From a virus (Duplodnaviria > Caudoviricetes), in IMG/VR virus record IMGVR_UViG_3300032243_001106, positions 1-33,857 of that record: a DNA stretch of 33,857 nucleotides; one strand, written 5' to 3'. The notes under the pieces are model-generated. The model ran no database searches. It was not told where the DNA came from and worked only from the letters and a program-made list of their open reading frames with translations. Of this stretch, positions 8,618-17,818 are shown in pieces (positions within the stretch are counted from its first letter, which is position 1; each line of letters opens with the position of its first letter). Both the position numbers and the translations under genes were made by a program.

Positions 8618-9469
8618 TTATTTTGTTTCTGCTAGAACGTCGTACATTTCAAATACTCCGCCCATTCTTTCATAAACTAGACCAGCATATACTTCTTGCT
8701 TGGTAGATTCATTGAACTTGGCAGCAGCAACACGCTGAGCCCATGCAAATAATTCTGCATCAACTGGATCGATTTGTTGTTGACCACCGCTTTCTTGAAC
8801 TAGCTTGATCATTTCTTTAAAAGTTAATTTACCTTCAAAGCTTTCTTTAACTGGACGCTTCTTGCCTTTTGGCATCATCTTGCTTTCAGTTTTCTTGGCA
8901 AATGGATTTACGCCTTTCTTAGGAGCAGACCCTTTCTTCTTGTCAGCAACAGCCTTCTTCATTGGCTCTTTCTTGTCACCATCTTTGTCCATATCTAAAA
9001 AGTCTGGCTTAGAACCTTCTTTAACTTCTTCTTTCTTTTCGCCTTTCTTTTTAGCGATCATTGCCTTGAACTTTTCTTGAGCAGCTTTCTTTTTGTCGCT
9101 AGCTTCTTCAATGGATTCTGTTTTAGCTTTTTTAGCTTTCTTGGCTTTTGGTTCGTCATCGCCGTCGTCAGCTTTTTCTTCGCTACCACCGTAAGCCTTG
9201 TTGCTCTTGTGAACAATACCTGTTTTAGTTTTTTCAACTGTGCCAGTTGCGATATTTTTCTTATCGCCAACTTTCATTTCTTCTTTAACTTCTTTCTCTT
9301 CTTTTTCAGCTTTTTTCTTAGCTTCTGCAAGAATAGTTGTTTGACCAGCTAACACACGCATCTGTGCTCTCTCGTCAAGTTGAATGCTTTGCGGCAATGT
9401 TGGAGCCTGTACGTGTTCTACAGGATCGTTTAATTGGTTAATTTTGCTAACTAGTGATTTGAAATCCAT
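8618..9469 (-). CDS. Lys/Glu-rich probable prohead-core or internal head protein
   Basis: Highly charged; many [VIL]-x-E sites; DMDKDGD acidic loop; GATAAATA motif upstream. Confidence 0.55.
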   Translation of the reverse strand: MDFKSLVSKINQLNDPVEHVQAPTLPQSIQLDERAQMRVLAGQTTILAEAKKKAEKEEKEVKEEMKVGDKKNIATGTVEKTKTGIVHKSNKAYGGSEEKADDGDDEPKAKKAKKAKTESIEEASDKKKAAQEKFKAMIAKKKGEKKEEVKEGSKPDFLDMDKDGDKKEPMKKAVADKKKGSAPKKGVNPFAKKTESKMMPKGKKRPVKESFEGKLTFKEMIKLVQESGGQQQIDPVDAELFAWAQRVAAAKFNESTKQEVYAGLVYERMGGVFEMYDVLAETK

Positions 9470-9501
9470 TTTATTTTCCTTGCGTTTTTAGGTGCATATT
9501 G

Positions 9502-9509
9502 TATTTATC
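9502..9509 (-). promoter_or_regulatory. T4-like late promoter motif GATAAATA
   Basis: One mismatch to T4 TATAAATA; recurs upstream of structural-type genes. Confidence 0.55.
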
Positions 9510-9768
9510 TTTTGATCGCAGAGCCGCCACCAAATATGTTGGTGCTCTTCATATCTAAAGCGTTTTTAGCAGTTCCGTCTGCATTTTTAGCCTGAGTAGC
9601 TTTAGGAACAGCTGGCGCTTTTGTACCGCTTTTTCCTGGAGATCCTGTATAGCTTTTCTTACCAATGTTCTTTTTGCCAATAGCCAACTGCGGACTTACT
9701 ACTGTCCCGATATTACCCGAGCTTGTAGCCCCTGCTGTTGCATCTTCAAAAAGTTCATTTATTCTCAT
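9505..9768 (-). CDS. small basic probable internal head protein
   Basis: MRINELFE leader; G/K/A-rich; AATAAATA at 9773-9780 upstream. Confidence 0.6.
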   Translation of the reverse strand: MRINELFEDATAGATSSGNIGTVVSPQLAIGKKNIGKKSYTGSPGKSGTKAPAVPKATQAKNADGTAKNALDMKSTNIFGGGSAIKR

Positions 9769-9775
9769 GATGTAT

Positions 9776-9961
9776 TTATTCGATTTCTTTAATGCTGTTA
9801 ATTAGAGAATCCTTGCCATATTGTGCTTTTAGCAATCTTCTAGCCATTTCTTTACTTTTAGCTGTAACTGTAGTATCGATCAGTAGACTGTAACCAGGGT
9901 TTTTTACCTTGACTCTAGCACCAAATAACTTGTACTGCTTGGTAATATCGCTGAATTTCAT
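9776..9961 (-). CDS. hypothetical protein
   Basis: 61-aa ORF with an ATGA overlap to the upstream gene. Confidence 0.65.
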   Translation of the reverse strand: MKFSDITKQYKLFGARVKVKNPGYSLLIDTTVTAKSKEMARRLLKAQYGKDSLINSIKEIE

Positions 9962-11139
9962 CTCATTGCCACCTGGAATGATTTGAGTTTATCTGACCGT
10001 TGATCAAGATGCTTCATGCCGGGGTTAATTGTTTTAGTTACAGCTTTGTTATCTTTAAAACTATCAACTTTAGGAGCAACTCGATTCTTCCAATACCATA
10101 CTGCTACCTTGGCAGCAACTTCTGGTTTTTCAACAAGTTCTGGCTTGGCCTCTAAGGGTAGGCCTAATGCAGTACCTGCTTTTTTATAGTTGTCGCGGCC
10201 AGTTAACTGAATATATCCGCGACCTTTGTATTTTGCGCCATCACCTACTTGTTTGTTTCCTAACTGTTTTGCTTTCTTGGGAGCATACTTGGGGTCATAC
10301 TTGCGGAAATCTAAGCTACCGCCGATCTCTTTCATGTGTTTAAAGTCAAGAGTTTCGTGAGCACATTGTGATAAAAATGCTGTAAGCTCATTGCCCGCGA
10401 TACCTGCTTTTTCTGCAGCCTTTCTCAAGTACACTTCGTGCGGATTTTTCGTAACACTTTTTGCAATATCTTGTTTACTGACTTGTTGGATAACGCTAGG
10501 CTTCTGCGTCGTTGGTTGAGATTTTGCATCGGCATTTCCAGCCCCACCAAATGCTAGTCCTGTGGCAAGTGCGCCTGCGGCAGCAATATCCTTCCATCCT
10601 TCGTCTACTTCGCCTTTGCTGGCAGCTTGTAGAGCTTTGAATACTTTCTGTAGACTGTCTTCGTCTGCTTGATATTTGATAGCAATGCCGCCGGCATCTG
10701 CCCATTTACGAATGTTTACACCGTAGTCGTCGATTAATACATTTGGAGTACCGTCTGCACTTACAGCATATTTGTATTTCTCATGTTCAAAGATAATCTG
10801 ATCTGCAGGAACATTAATATGCTTTGACAGCCACTCACGCTTGCCTTTGATACTGCCAGCCCTGTCAAAATTCAACGGACTGCTTAAAATATTATACCCG
10901 CCTGCATAATTAACAACCATTTGCAGCAGTTTATTTGCTGTAGGAAATACCGGCAAATTTTTAAACAACTCGTAAGCATTGGAATTTTTAAAAAACTCTT
11001 CCCATTGTGCTTGAGTCATTTGATTGTAATGCTCTACATTGTTTACAGATCCTGCGTGATTAAACAAATCCGCTAGAACACCATCCATGTCAACATAGAC
11101 TGTTGTTCCTTCAGGAAGTTTTAATTCACTTGCCTTCAT
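9958..11139 (-). CDS. fusion of a HAD 5'(3')-deoxyribonucleotidase and a GH19 lysozyme/chitinase domain
   Basis: N-terminal VYVDMDGVLAD, ILSSP, GKREW, VLIDD; C-terminal FLSQCAHET, YKGRGYIQLTGRDNY, AVWYW, TKTINPG. Confidence 0.85.
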   Translation of the reverse strand: MKASELKLPEGTTVYVDMDGVLADLFNHAGSVNNVEHYNQMTQAQWEEFFKNSNAYELFKNLPVFPTANKLLQMVVNYAGGYNILSSPLNFDRAGSIKGKREWLSKHINVPADQIIFEHEKYKYAVSADGTPNVLIDDYGVNIRKWADAGGIAIKYQADEDSLQKVFKALQAASKGEVDEGWKDIAAAGALATGLAFGGAGNADAKSQPTTQKPSVIQQVSKQDIAKSVTKNPHEVYLRKAAEKAGIAGNELTAFLSQCAHETLDFKHMKEIGGSLDFRKYDPKYAPKKAKQLGNKQVGDGAKYKGRGYIQLTGRDNYKKAGTALGLPLEAKPELVEKPEVAAKVAVWYWKNRVAPKVDSFKDNKAVTKTINPGMKHLDQRSDKLKSFQVAMR

Positions 11140-11224
11140 AAGGGATTCCAGCTAGCCCACAACCAAAGCGAGCAAGACCTTCTAGTATATCATTATACAG
11201 GACTGTAAGGGTTTCTTTTAGCAT
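11126..11224 (-). CDS. possible micro-ORF (32 aa)
   Basis: Manual translation [32 protein letters not shown]; overlaps both neighbours. Confidence 0.35.
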   Translation of the reverse strand: MLKETLTVLYNDILEGLARFGCGLAGIPYEGK

Positions 11225-11270
11225 CGGTGCCGTCGTCCTCTGGGTATACTGGATATTGATCCGGGCTCAT
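11193..11270 (-). CDS. possible micro-ORF (25 aa)
   Basis: Manual translation [25 protein letters not shown]; ATGA overlap with the erpA stop. Confidence 0.45.
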   Translation of the reverse strand: MSPDQYPVYPEDDGTDAKRNPYSPV

Positions 11271-11590
11271 ACTGAGAACGAACTACCGCATCCGCATGTT
11301 GATTGAGCATTGGGATTTTTAATAGTAAATTGTGATCCCGATAACTCTTCTTTATAATCTATTTCTGCACCTTGTAGATATTGCATACTCATGCTGTCTA
11401 CTAGTATGTTCCATGCACCGCAAGGAATTTCAAAATCGTCTTCGTTTTTTACATCGTCAAAAGTAAATCCATAACTGAATCCTGAGCAACCACCACCTTG
11501 TACAAATGTACGTAATGATAATTTGGGATTGTTTTCTTCTGACAACAAATCTTGTATTTTTATTTTTGCTGAAAGGCTAACTGCTATCAT
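11267..11590 (-). CDS. erpA: A-type Fe-S carrier protein (ErpA/IscA, HesB family)
   Basis: [14 protein letters not shown] and [14 protein letters not shown]; start moved to MIAVS (ATGA overlap with the upstream gene). Confidence 0.9.
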   Translation of the reverse strand: MIAVSLSAKIKIQDLLSEENNPKLSLRTFVQGGGCSGFSYGFTFDDVKNEDDFEIPCGAWNILVDSMSMQYLQGAEIDYKEELSGSQFTIKNPNAQSTCGCGSSFSV

Positions 11591-11787
11591 ATTGGTTTTT
11601 CTCCTGTTAGGTAAGGCTTTGAAAACCACAGCTTAAACCACTCAGGCGTTCCGGGTTTAATGTCATGTTCTTTTTCTAAACGCTGCTTCTCCATACCAGT
11701 AATACTTATGTTGCTACCGCCAAAGGGTTGGTAGCCTTTGAATTCATTAATTCCGGCAAGACGTTGTAGTGTTTTGATTTCGTCCAT
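11587..11787 (-). CDS. hypothetical protein, possibly internal head protein
   Basis: [15 protein letters not shown]...[17 protein letters not shown]; start adjusted to follow the upstream stop. Confidence 0.65.
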   Translation of the reverse strand: MDEIKTLQRLAGINEFKGYQPFGGSNISITGMEKQRLEKEHDIKPGTPEWFKLWFSKPYLTGEKPI

Positions 11788-11788
11788 A

Positions 11789-12271
11789 CTAGGTTGTAGG
11801 TTCTGCACCTGTTAAACTCACAGACCATTTTTTGCCTGTAGCAGCAGATTTCTTTTCAGCCCAACTGCGCATATGATTTAGGTGTTGACGTTCTTCCATG
11901 CTATCAGCGTATCCCTTACCGGCAAATACTTTCCATAGTTTGCCATTAATTGAAACTGCAATATTATTTCTTTCGTCACCTAGTTCGTGTTGTAATTCAG
12001 CACGTTTAAACTCGCGTCTATCTTGTGCGCCAAGACTCGGAGCACGTGGATCTGCACGACCTTGATCGTATCCGCCAGCCTCACCGACTACCGCTACAGT
12101 TTTATGTTTTTCATGACGAGGGATTTCTTTTGTTTTGTCTTTGTGAGCACCGCTCGCAGAACCGCCGATAACACTTTGTGAAGCGTGAGCTACTGGATTG
12201 CGAGGTTTGGGATTGTGCCTAACAGCTTTGCGCCCTTTTTTATATTCTGATATAAATTCTTCTGCTTTCAT
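11789..12271 (-). CDS. basic probable internal head protein
   Basis: Start adjusted to MKAEEFISE, similar to the T4 capsid-targeting sequence MKTYQEFIAE. Confidence 0.6.
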   Translation of the reverse strand: MKAEEFISEYKKGRKAVRHNPKPRNPVAHASQSVIGGSASGAHKDKTKEIPRHEKHKTVAVVGEAGGYDQGRADPRAPSLGAQDRREFKRAELQHELGDERNNIAVSINGKLWKVFAGKGYADSMEERQHLNHMRSWAEKKSAATGKKWSVSLTGAEPTT

Positions 12272-12272
12272 T

Positions 12273-13403
12273 TTATTTTCCTGCGTGTTTAAAGTATTGA
12301 ACTTGTCGTTCACGTTTTTCTGCACCAGCCTTAGTAGGATACTTACCTAGGTTCTTATTACCGTGCTTGCTCTTTAGTTCGTAACCGCCCTTAACTTTGA
12401 CAATGTGTTCATCCATATTATCGATGTTCTGTTCTAGGTCTTTGACAATTAGATGTAAAAATTCTTTAGATGCTCCATCACCCCATGTTAGACTTTTAAT
12501 AATAGCGTGGGCGCCTTCTGCACCAACTTCGTCAACGATATGTGTTAGTAGTTCCTTGGTTAAGTGCGGCAATCCTTCTGCATCGCCTTCTGATTCTCTC
12601 ATATCACGTTTTAGTTTCCATTGCTTAATAGAATCCCATTCGCGATCAGTAAGTTCGATACCTCTGCGATGCTTGTCTAATAACAGTTTAATCCAAGCGT
12701 CATCGTCTTTTTTGTTACTAATAACTCTAGAGTCTTTGGCAGCGTTCCATTTCTTTTTAGGAGGTTCTCCCTTTAAAAAAGTCATAAAACCTTCGTCTGC
12801 AATTTTCTCTTCAATCCAAGGTGCGAGTCCGTGTCTAATAGCAGAAAATACTTCTTCAGCATCACCTTGCAGACCCGCTGGCAATCCAGTCTTAAATAAT
12901 TCTAAATCATCTGCAATTGCAGCAGCTCGCATCTTGCTAGCACTCATTCCTTCTGCACCTTCTGCATCCGGATCTCTAGCACCGCTAGATACAATCTTAA
13001 TTGATTTTAAATTATAATCAATACCATTTTGCTTATTGAATAATTCTGTAAATGACGGCACACGATCCGAGCCACATACAAAAATAACATTCTCAAAACC
13101 TTGTTTTTCTAAATACTGAAGAATTCCTATAGCTGTACTTACTGAGGTATCGCCTATATCAATATTAGGAAATGCCTGTTGTATAAATCCCAGCTTGACA
13201 TCAAAGGGTAATGGGTTCTCGTATCTTGTTTGATTTTTGCCGGTTGATTTGTGAGTCTGAGATACAAACAAGAAATGAGCATCGGCCTTTTGTTTTAATA
13301 TAGCTTCAACTACCTTCTGATGACCAATCGTAGGTGGGTTCATTCTACCGAATGCAACGGCTACCGTTTTTCCTGATTGTTCAAACAGTTCTAATAATCT
13401 CAT
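12273..13403 (-). CDS. cytidyltransferase-like (HxGH-class) nucleotidyltransferase with C-terminal extensions
   Basis: FGRMNPPTIGH, GSDR, MSASKMR; MRLLELFE leader. Confidence 0.8.
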   Translation of the reverse strand: MRLLELFEQSGKTVAVAFGRMNPPTIGHQKVVEAILKQKADAHFLFVSQTHKSTGKNQTRYENPLPFDVKLGFIQQAFPNIDIGDTSVSTAIGILQYLEKQGFENVIFVCGSDRVPSFTELFNKQNGIDYNLKSIKIVSSGARDPDAEGAEGMSASKMRAAAIADDLELFKTGLPAGLQGDAEEVFSAIRHGLAPWIEEKIADEGFMTFLKGEPPKKKWNAAKDSRVISNKKDDDAWIKLLLDKHRRGIELTDREWDSIKQWKLKRDMRESEGDAEGLPHLTKELLTHIVDEVGAEGAHAIIKSLTWGDGASKEFLHLIVKDLEQNIDNMDEHIVKVKGGYELKSKHGNKNLGKYPTKAGAEKRERQVQYFKHAGK

Positions 13404-13404
13404 A

Positions 13405-13743
13405 TTATTTGTAATGATTATTTTTAATGTAGTTTTCTTGAACAGATGCTATATTTCTAGCAAGCTCTTCAATTTTTCCTACAGGAAAGCATTCTTCTCT
13501 ATCTTCTACATCAAAAGTTTCACAATATTCGTTAACACAATCCATCAAGGGTTTCATGTATAATTTATAAGCATCTGGATGCTCTATGTGTTCTTTATGC
13601 CTGTGAACAGTGGGAATAATCTTATTAACCTGCAAATCGTGATTATGATCAATAAAGAACTTTAGATCATCCAGCCAATCTATATCTTGATGGTCTTCTT
13701 TAGGAGCACCGATTGCGCTGAACATTTCAACTAATTTTACCAT
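13405..13743 (-). CDS. hypothetical protein
   Basis: 112-aa ORF, tightly packed; MVKLVEMF leader. Confidence 0.7.
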   Translation of the reverse strand: MVKLVEMFSAIGAPKEDHQDIDWLDDLKFFIDHNHDLQVNKIIPTVHRHKEHIEHPDAYKLYMKPLMDCVNEYCETFDVEDREECFPVGKIEELARNIASVQENYIKNNHYK

Positions 13744-13952
13744 TATTTTACACCCTTGGATTTAGCTTCTTTTTCAAGATCTAATTTGCGTTGTTGTACG
13801 GCTTTGACTAAATCTGGTTCTTTTAGTAAAACGGGATCTGTTTCGAGGTCATGGAGTGCTTTTCTTTTAGCTTCATAATCTGCTTTGGGATCTGCAGTAT
13901 TAAGTTCAGTCTCAAAAAGAGCAAGGTCTAGTCTTGTGATAATATCTCTCAT
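13743..13952 (-). CDS. hypothetical protein
   Basis: 69-aa helical ORF downstream of GATAAATA. Confidence 0.65.
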   Translation of the reverse strand: MRDIITRLDLALFETELNTADPKADYEAKRKALHDLETDPVLLKEPDLVKAVQQRKLDLEKEAKSKGVK

Positions 13953-13976
13953 AGTATGTTCCGTAAGGTCATACTA

Positions 13977-13984
13977 TATTTATC
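13977..13984 (-). promoter_or_regulatory. late promoter motif GATAAATA
   Basis: Intergenic; heads the internal-protein cluster. Confidence 0.55.
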
Positions 13985-13996
13985 TGCTGGTAATAC

Positions 13997-14353
13997 TTAG
14001 AAGTTATAATAAATTGAGGTGATAGTACCGTTTTGTACGTTATAAGCAGCACGTATCCATACAAAATTACCGGTAAATGTGACAAAGTGTGCAGTTGTCC
14101 AGTAAGAACTGTCGCGACCTGCACCTAAATTAGTGTCGGTGATATCAAACCAGTCCGTTTCTGCTGGATCTAATTCTAAGGTAGCCTGTAGCTTAATGGT
14201 ACCTACAAATGTGTTTACATCGTATACAGCGGTATGTACACAGTCTAATTGGCGATGATACCCTGCACCTGGGCGTTTTTCGCTGTATAAAAAGGAAGAA
14301 TCGGGAGATTCTGTTTTTGCGTTTGAAAGTAAAACTATAGTATCGTTGGACAT
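13997..14353 (-). CDS. hypothetical beta-rich protein, possibly virion-associated
   Basis: 118 aa, aromatic/Thr-rich; GATAAATA at 14358-14365. Confidence 0.65.
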   Translation of the reverse strand: MSNDTIVLLSNAKTESPDSSFLYSEKRPGAGYHRQLDCVHTAVYDVNTFVGTIKLQATLELDPAETDWFDITDTNLGAGRDSSYWTTAHFVTFTGNFVWIRAAYNVQNGTITSIYYNF

Positions 14354-14356
14354 CTC

Positions 14357-15028
14357 TTATTTATCGACTAATTGATACTCGTGTGTCTTGCCCACAACTT
14401 CGGCGCTACGCAATTTCATCATAAACAGAGTTTGTTCATCCTCGACCAGAACATAGCGTCGATCCCAATTCCACTCGGTTCTAATAAACCAGCTTTTTAC
14501 AGCCTTGCTCATTAAAATTCTAGGACTTTGAGATGTCACCCAATCAATAAACTGTTGTTTTTGGTCTTTATTGCTTTTCATTCTATGCGGTAATAGAAAA
14601 ACTTTAAATTTATACTTGCCATGAGGAAGTTTTGTAACAAATACGTCGGACGAGTTTAATATCTGATCTACATGTCCGGGGAGTGGTTCAACTCCATGAC
14701 GTATCAACGGCTCGAATGTTTCTAAAAAATCTCTATAAAATTTTTCATCATTGGTATAGAAATCAATAAAGTTACCTTGAATACGTTTACCGTAGGCAGT
14801 AGCTGTATTAGATTCTAAAAAATCTACAATATTAAGAATTAATTCGCTATTGGTTTTGGTACTATGCCCGTGATCGTAATAGGACAGGCTAGTGGTCTTA
14901 CCTGAACAAAATGCTCTGATATCATCAAAGCCGTGATTTCTAAAGATACCGCATCCTTTTAAAGATACGGTAGCCTTGTACATCCATTTGTTATAGAACT
15001 TTCTACTGCTGTACTTGATCTTGTACAT
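14357..15028 (-). CDS. hypothetical protein
   Basis: 223-aa ORF overlapping the end of clpA by 26 nt. Confidence 0.75.
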   Translation of the reverse strand: MYKIKYSSRKFYNKWMYKATVSLKGCGIFRNHGFDDIRAFCSGKTTSLSYYDHGHSTKTNSELILNIVDFLESNTATAYGKRIQGNFIDFYTNDEKFYRDFLETFEPLIRHGVEPLPGHVDQILNSSDVFVTKLPHGKYKFKVFLLPHRMKSNKDQKQQFIDWVTSQSPRILMSKAVKSWFIRTEWNWDRRYVLVEDEQTLFMMKLRSAEVVGKTHEYQLVDK

Positions 15029-17324
15029 TTTGTTCTTCCAGGAGAGCAGCCTCTCTCTTTAACGCTTTCTTTTCTTCTTTAGATAAGATCTTGCTAACTT
15101 CAAAGTTCAATTTGTCGTCAACAACAGTAATGTCTACTCTACCGCCGTCTACTAGATCGCCAAACAGCACTCTGCGGCTTAACGGTGATTTGACTTCCTT
15201 GTCGATCAATCTGGCCAGCGGCCTAGCACCCATCTTCTTATCATACCCTTTTTCTGCCAACCAATTAACAGCATCAGTATTCGGCACAATGTCAATGCCT
15301 TTGTCTTTGAGTTGAGTATTAAGCTCGCCGACAAATTTCTTAACGATTTGTATAACTGTTTCAGTACTAAGTCCGCTAAATTTAACAATACCGTCTAGAC
15401 GATTGCGGAACTCAGGAGCAAAGAATTTCTTTGCAGCTTTATCATCTTCACCGTCCTTGTCTAGTCCACCAAATCCAATAGTATTATTTTCGTTATCTCT
15501 AGCACCCAAGTTCGATGTCATAATCAAAATAGTATTACGGCCATCTGCTTGCTTGCCATTTGATCCGGTGATAAACCCGTTGTCCATAAATGCTAGGAGA
15601 ATGTTCATGACATCTGGATGAGCTTTTTCAACTTCGTCTAATAGCAATACTGAATTAGGATGTTCTTGAAGTTTGGTAATTAATTGACCCGCATTATCTT
15701 CGTAACCAACATATCCTGGAGGAGCTCCGATCAATCTAGCAACACTATGCTTCTCTTGATATTCACCCATATCAAAGCGCACTAATTCCATGCTCATGCG
15801 TTCTGCAAGTGCTTTAGCAGTTTCAGTTTTTCCAGTACCTGTTGGACCTAGGAACAAGAAAGACCCAATTGGTTTGTTAGGATGCTTCATGCCTGCTTGA
15901 CTTACAAAGATTTTGTCAAGTAATGTATCTACGGCACCATCTTGGCCATAGACTGCACCCTTCATGCCTTTTTCTAATTCTGCAAGATTCTTGCTTTCTT
16001 TCTGCGCAACAGCTTCTAATGGCATGTTAATCATCTTGCTGAGCTCATACGTAACCTGTTCAAGGTCAACGATCTGCTCAATGCCGTCAGTTTCAGGATC
16101 ATCTTTTAACTTATAACGAGCAGCAGCACAGTCAATGATATCAATGGCCTTGTCTGGTAGTTTTTTATCTGCCATATATTTGATAGATAATTTAACAGCC
16201 TGGTCAATGGCGGCATCTGTAATTCTTACATTATGATGTTTTTCATAATATTTTTTAACACCTTTAAGAATCTTAACGGTGACATCTGCTGTAGGTTCAT
16301 CGACAGTAACACGCTGGAATCGACGCATTAACGCACGATCCTTTTCAAAGTACTTGCGATATTCTTCCCAAGTTGTAGATGCAATTAATTTAAGAACACC
16401 TTTGGTAAGAATAGGCTTGAGCATATTAGCCATATCGTTGGAATTTTGACTTGCTGCTCCAGCACCATTCATCATATGTGCTTCATCAATAAAAAGAATG
16501 ATTTTGCCTTTCTTTTCTAGAGCATTTAGCACGGCTTTCAATCTTTCTTCAAAATCACCGCGATACTTGCTGCCTGCTAATAATGCAGAAATATCTAATG
16601 TATAGACACTATGGTCTTGAATAAATTTAGGAACTTTCTTTTCAAAGATTTTACGAGCAAGTCCTTCTGCGATTGCAGTCTTACCAACACCCGGGTCGCC
16701 AACTAATAATACGTTGGCTTTATTTCTACGTGCGATAATAAGTTGAATTTTTTCTAGTTCGTCATCTCTTCCAATGACGGGATCGATTTTACGCTGCTTA
16801 GCCGCAAGACTTAAATTAGTGCAATATGTGTTTAGCACACGGTCTAATTGAGACGGAGTAACAATAGCATGTTCGGTTTCGTTTTCTTCGTCTGCGATCT
16901 GTTCTTGGAAAAATTTAACAAATTTTTCTTTAACTAGTCCGCCTTTAGTTAGGAAATAAAATGCAAATGAATTTTTTTCTCCTAGGATACCGATAACAAC
17001 ATCGGCAATTTCAATACGCTGTCTACCGCTGAATAACACCTGTGTAAAACAGCGATTTAACACACGCTCAACGGCATGGGTTTTTCTTGGCTTATCAATG
17101 TCAGTATTTTTGATATCATTGAGATTGTTTTTAAGATAGTGTTCTAAGTTAGTTTTAACAAAATTAGAATCCCCACCAAACTGTTCGATCATTTCAAAAG
17201 AAGGTTGGTCGCACATTATTCCGTACAACAGGTGTTCAATTGTAACATACTCATGGTCGTGTTGCTTGGCAACACTGACTGCATTTTCAAAAACAATTTG
17301 TAAATTTTGGCTCGGTTCGATCAT
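15003..17324 (-). CDS. clpA: ATP-dependent Clp protease ATP-binding subunit ClpA
   Basis: Clp N-domain (HEYVTIEHLL); two AAA+ modules (GDPGVGKT/FIDEAH and GPTGTGKT/LLDEVEKAH); GAPPGYVGY pore loop; IGF ClpP-docking loop; no ClpB middle domain. Confidence 0.93.
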   Translation of the reverse strand: MIEPSQNLQIVFENAVSVAKQHDHEYVTIEHLLYGIMCDQPSFEMIEQFGGDSNFVKTNLEHYLKNNLNDIKNTDIDKPRKTHAVERVLNRCFTQVLFSGRQRIEIADVVIGILGEKNSFAFYFLTKGGLVKEKFVKFFQEQIADEENETEHAIVTPSQLDRVLNTYCTNLSLAAKQRKIDPVIGRDDELEKIQLIIARRNKANVLLVGDPGVGKTAIAEGLARKIFEKKVPKFIQDHSVYTLDISALLAGSKYRGDFEERLKAVLNALEKKGKIILFIDEAHMMNGAGAASQNSNDMANMLKPILTKGVLKLIASTTWEEYRKYFEKDRALMRRFQRVTVDEPTADVTVKILKGVKKYYEKHHNVRITDAAIDQAVKLSIKYMADKKLPDKAIDIIDCAAARYKLKDDPETDGIEQIVDLEQVTYELSKMINMPLEAVAQKESKNLAELEKGMKGAVYGQDGAVDTLLDKIFVSQAGMKHPNKPIGSFLFLGPTGTGKTETAKALAERMSMELVRFDMGEYQEKHSVARLIGAPPGYVGYEDNAGQLITKLQEHPNSVLLLDEVEKAHPDVMNILLAFMDNGFITGSNGKQADGRNTILIMTSNLGARDNENNTIGFGGLDKDGEDDKAAKKFFAPEFRNRLDGIVKFSGLSTETVIQIVKKFVGELNTQLKDKGIDIVPNTDAVNWLAEKGYDKKMGARPLARLIDKEVKSPLSRRVLFGDLVDGGRVDITVVDDKLNFEVSKILSKEEKKALKREAALLEEQNVQDQVQQ

Positions 17325-17818
17325 TATTTCCTTTTCCTAATGCGCTTCATAGCTAAGTTTAACTTCATTTGCGATACTTTGTCAACAAAACAAATACCAT
17401 TCAAGTGATCAAACTCGTGCTGGAAACATCTGGAAACTAATCCATCCATCTCAGCCTCGATGATATCGCCTTTACTATTTTGATATTCAACTTGTATTTT
17501 TGCTGGACGTTTAATAGCTAACCATAGGTCAGGATAACTAAGACATCCTTCTTGATCTAGTGTTAGATCTTCACTAACATTGATAATCTTTGGATTGAAA
17601 ACTGCGAACGGCATAGGGAATCCTGGGATGTTATTGCTACCAATAACAAATACCTGCTTGGTCATTCCTATTTGATTTGCAGCCAAGCCGATCCCTTTAG
17701 CTGAAATCATAAAATCGATCATGTCGTTTTCTAATTGTTCAGCATCACCATCTGTAGAAAAATTCCAAGGAGTACTTTTTTCTACAAGTGACTCGTGCGG
17801 CCCAAGTTTAAATTCCAT
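17324..17818 (-). CDS. def: peptide deformylase
   Basis: GIGLAANQ, EGCLS, QHEFDHLNG. Confidence 0.95.
   Translation of the reverse strand: MEFKLGPHESLVEKSTPWNFSTDGDAEQLENDMIDFMISAKGIGLAANQIGMTKQVFVIGSNNIPGFPMPFAVFNPKIINVSEDLTLDQEGCLSYPDLWLAIKRPAKIQVEYQNSKGDIIEAEMDGLVSRCFQHEFDHLNGICFVDKVSQMKLNLAMKRIRKRK

Noticed and set aside
8970-9000. EF-hand calcium-binding protein (DMDKDGD)
   Set aside because: A single loop in a disordered, charged region without the paired helix-loop-helix; insufficient for a call.
12397-13017. 206-aa plus-strand ORF and the other plus-strand or nested ORFs in the track
   Set aside because: They lie opposite or inside well-supported genes and have Ser/Phe/Leu-rich shadow composition.
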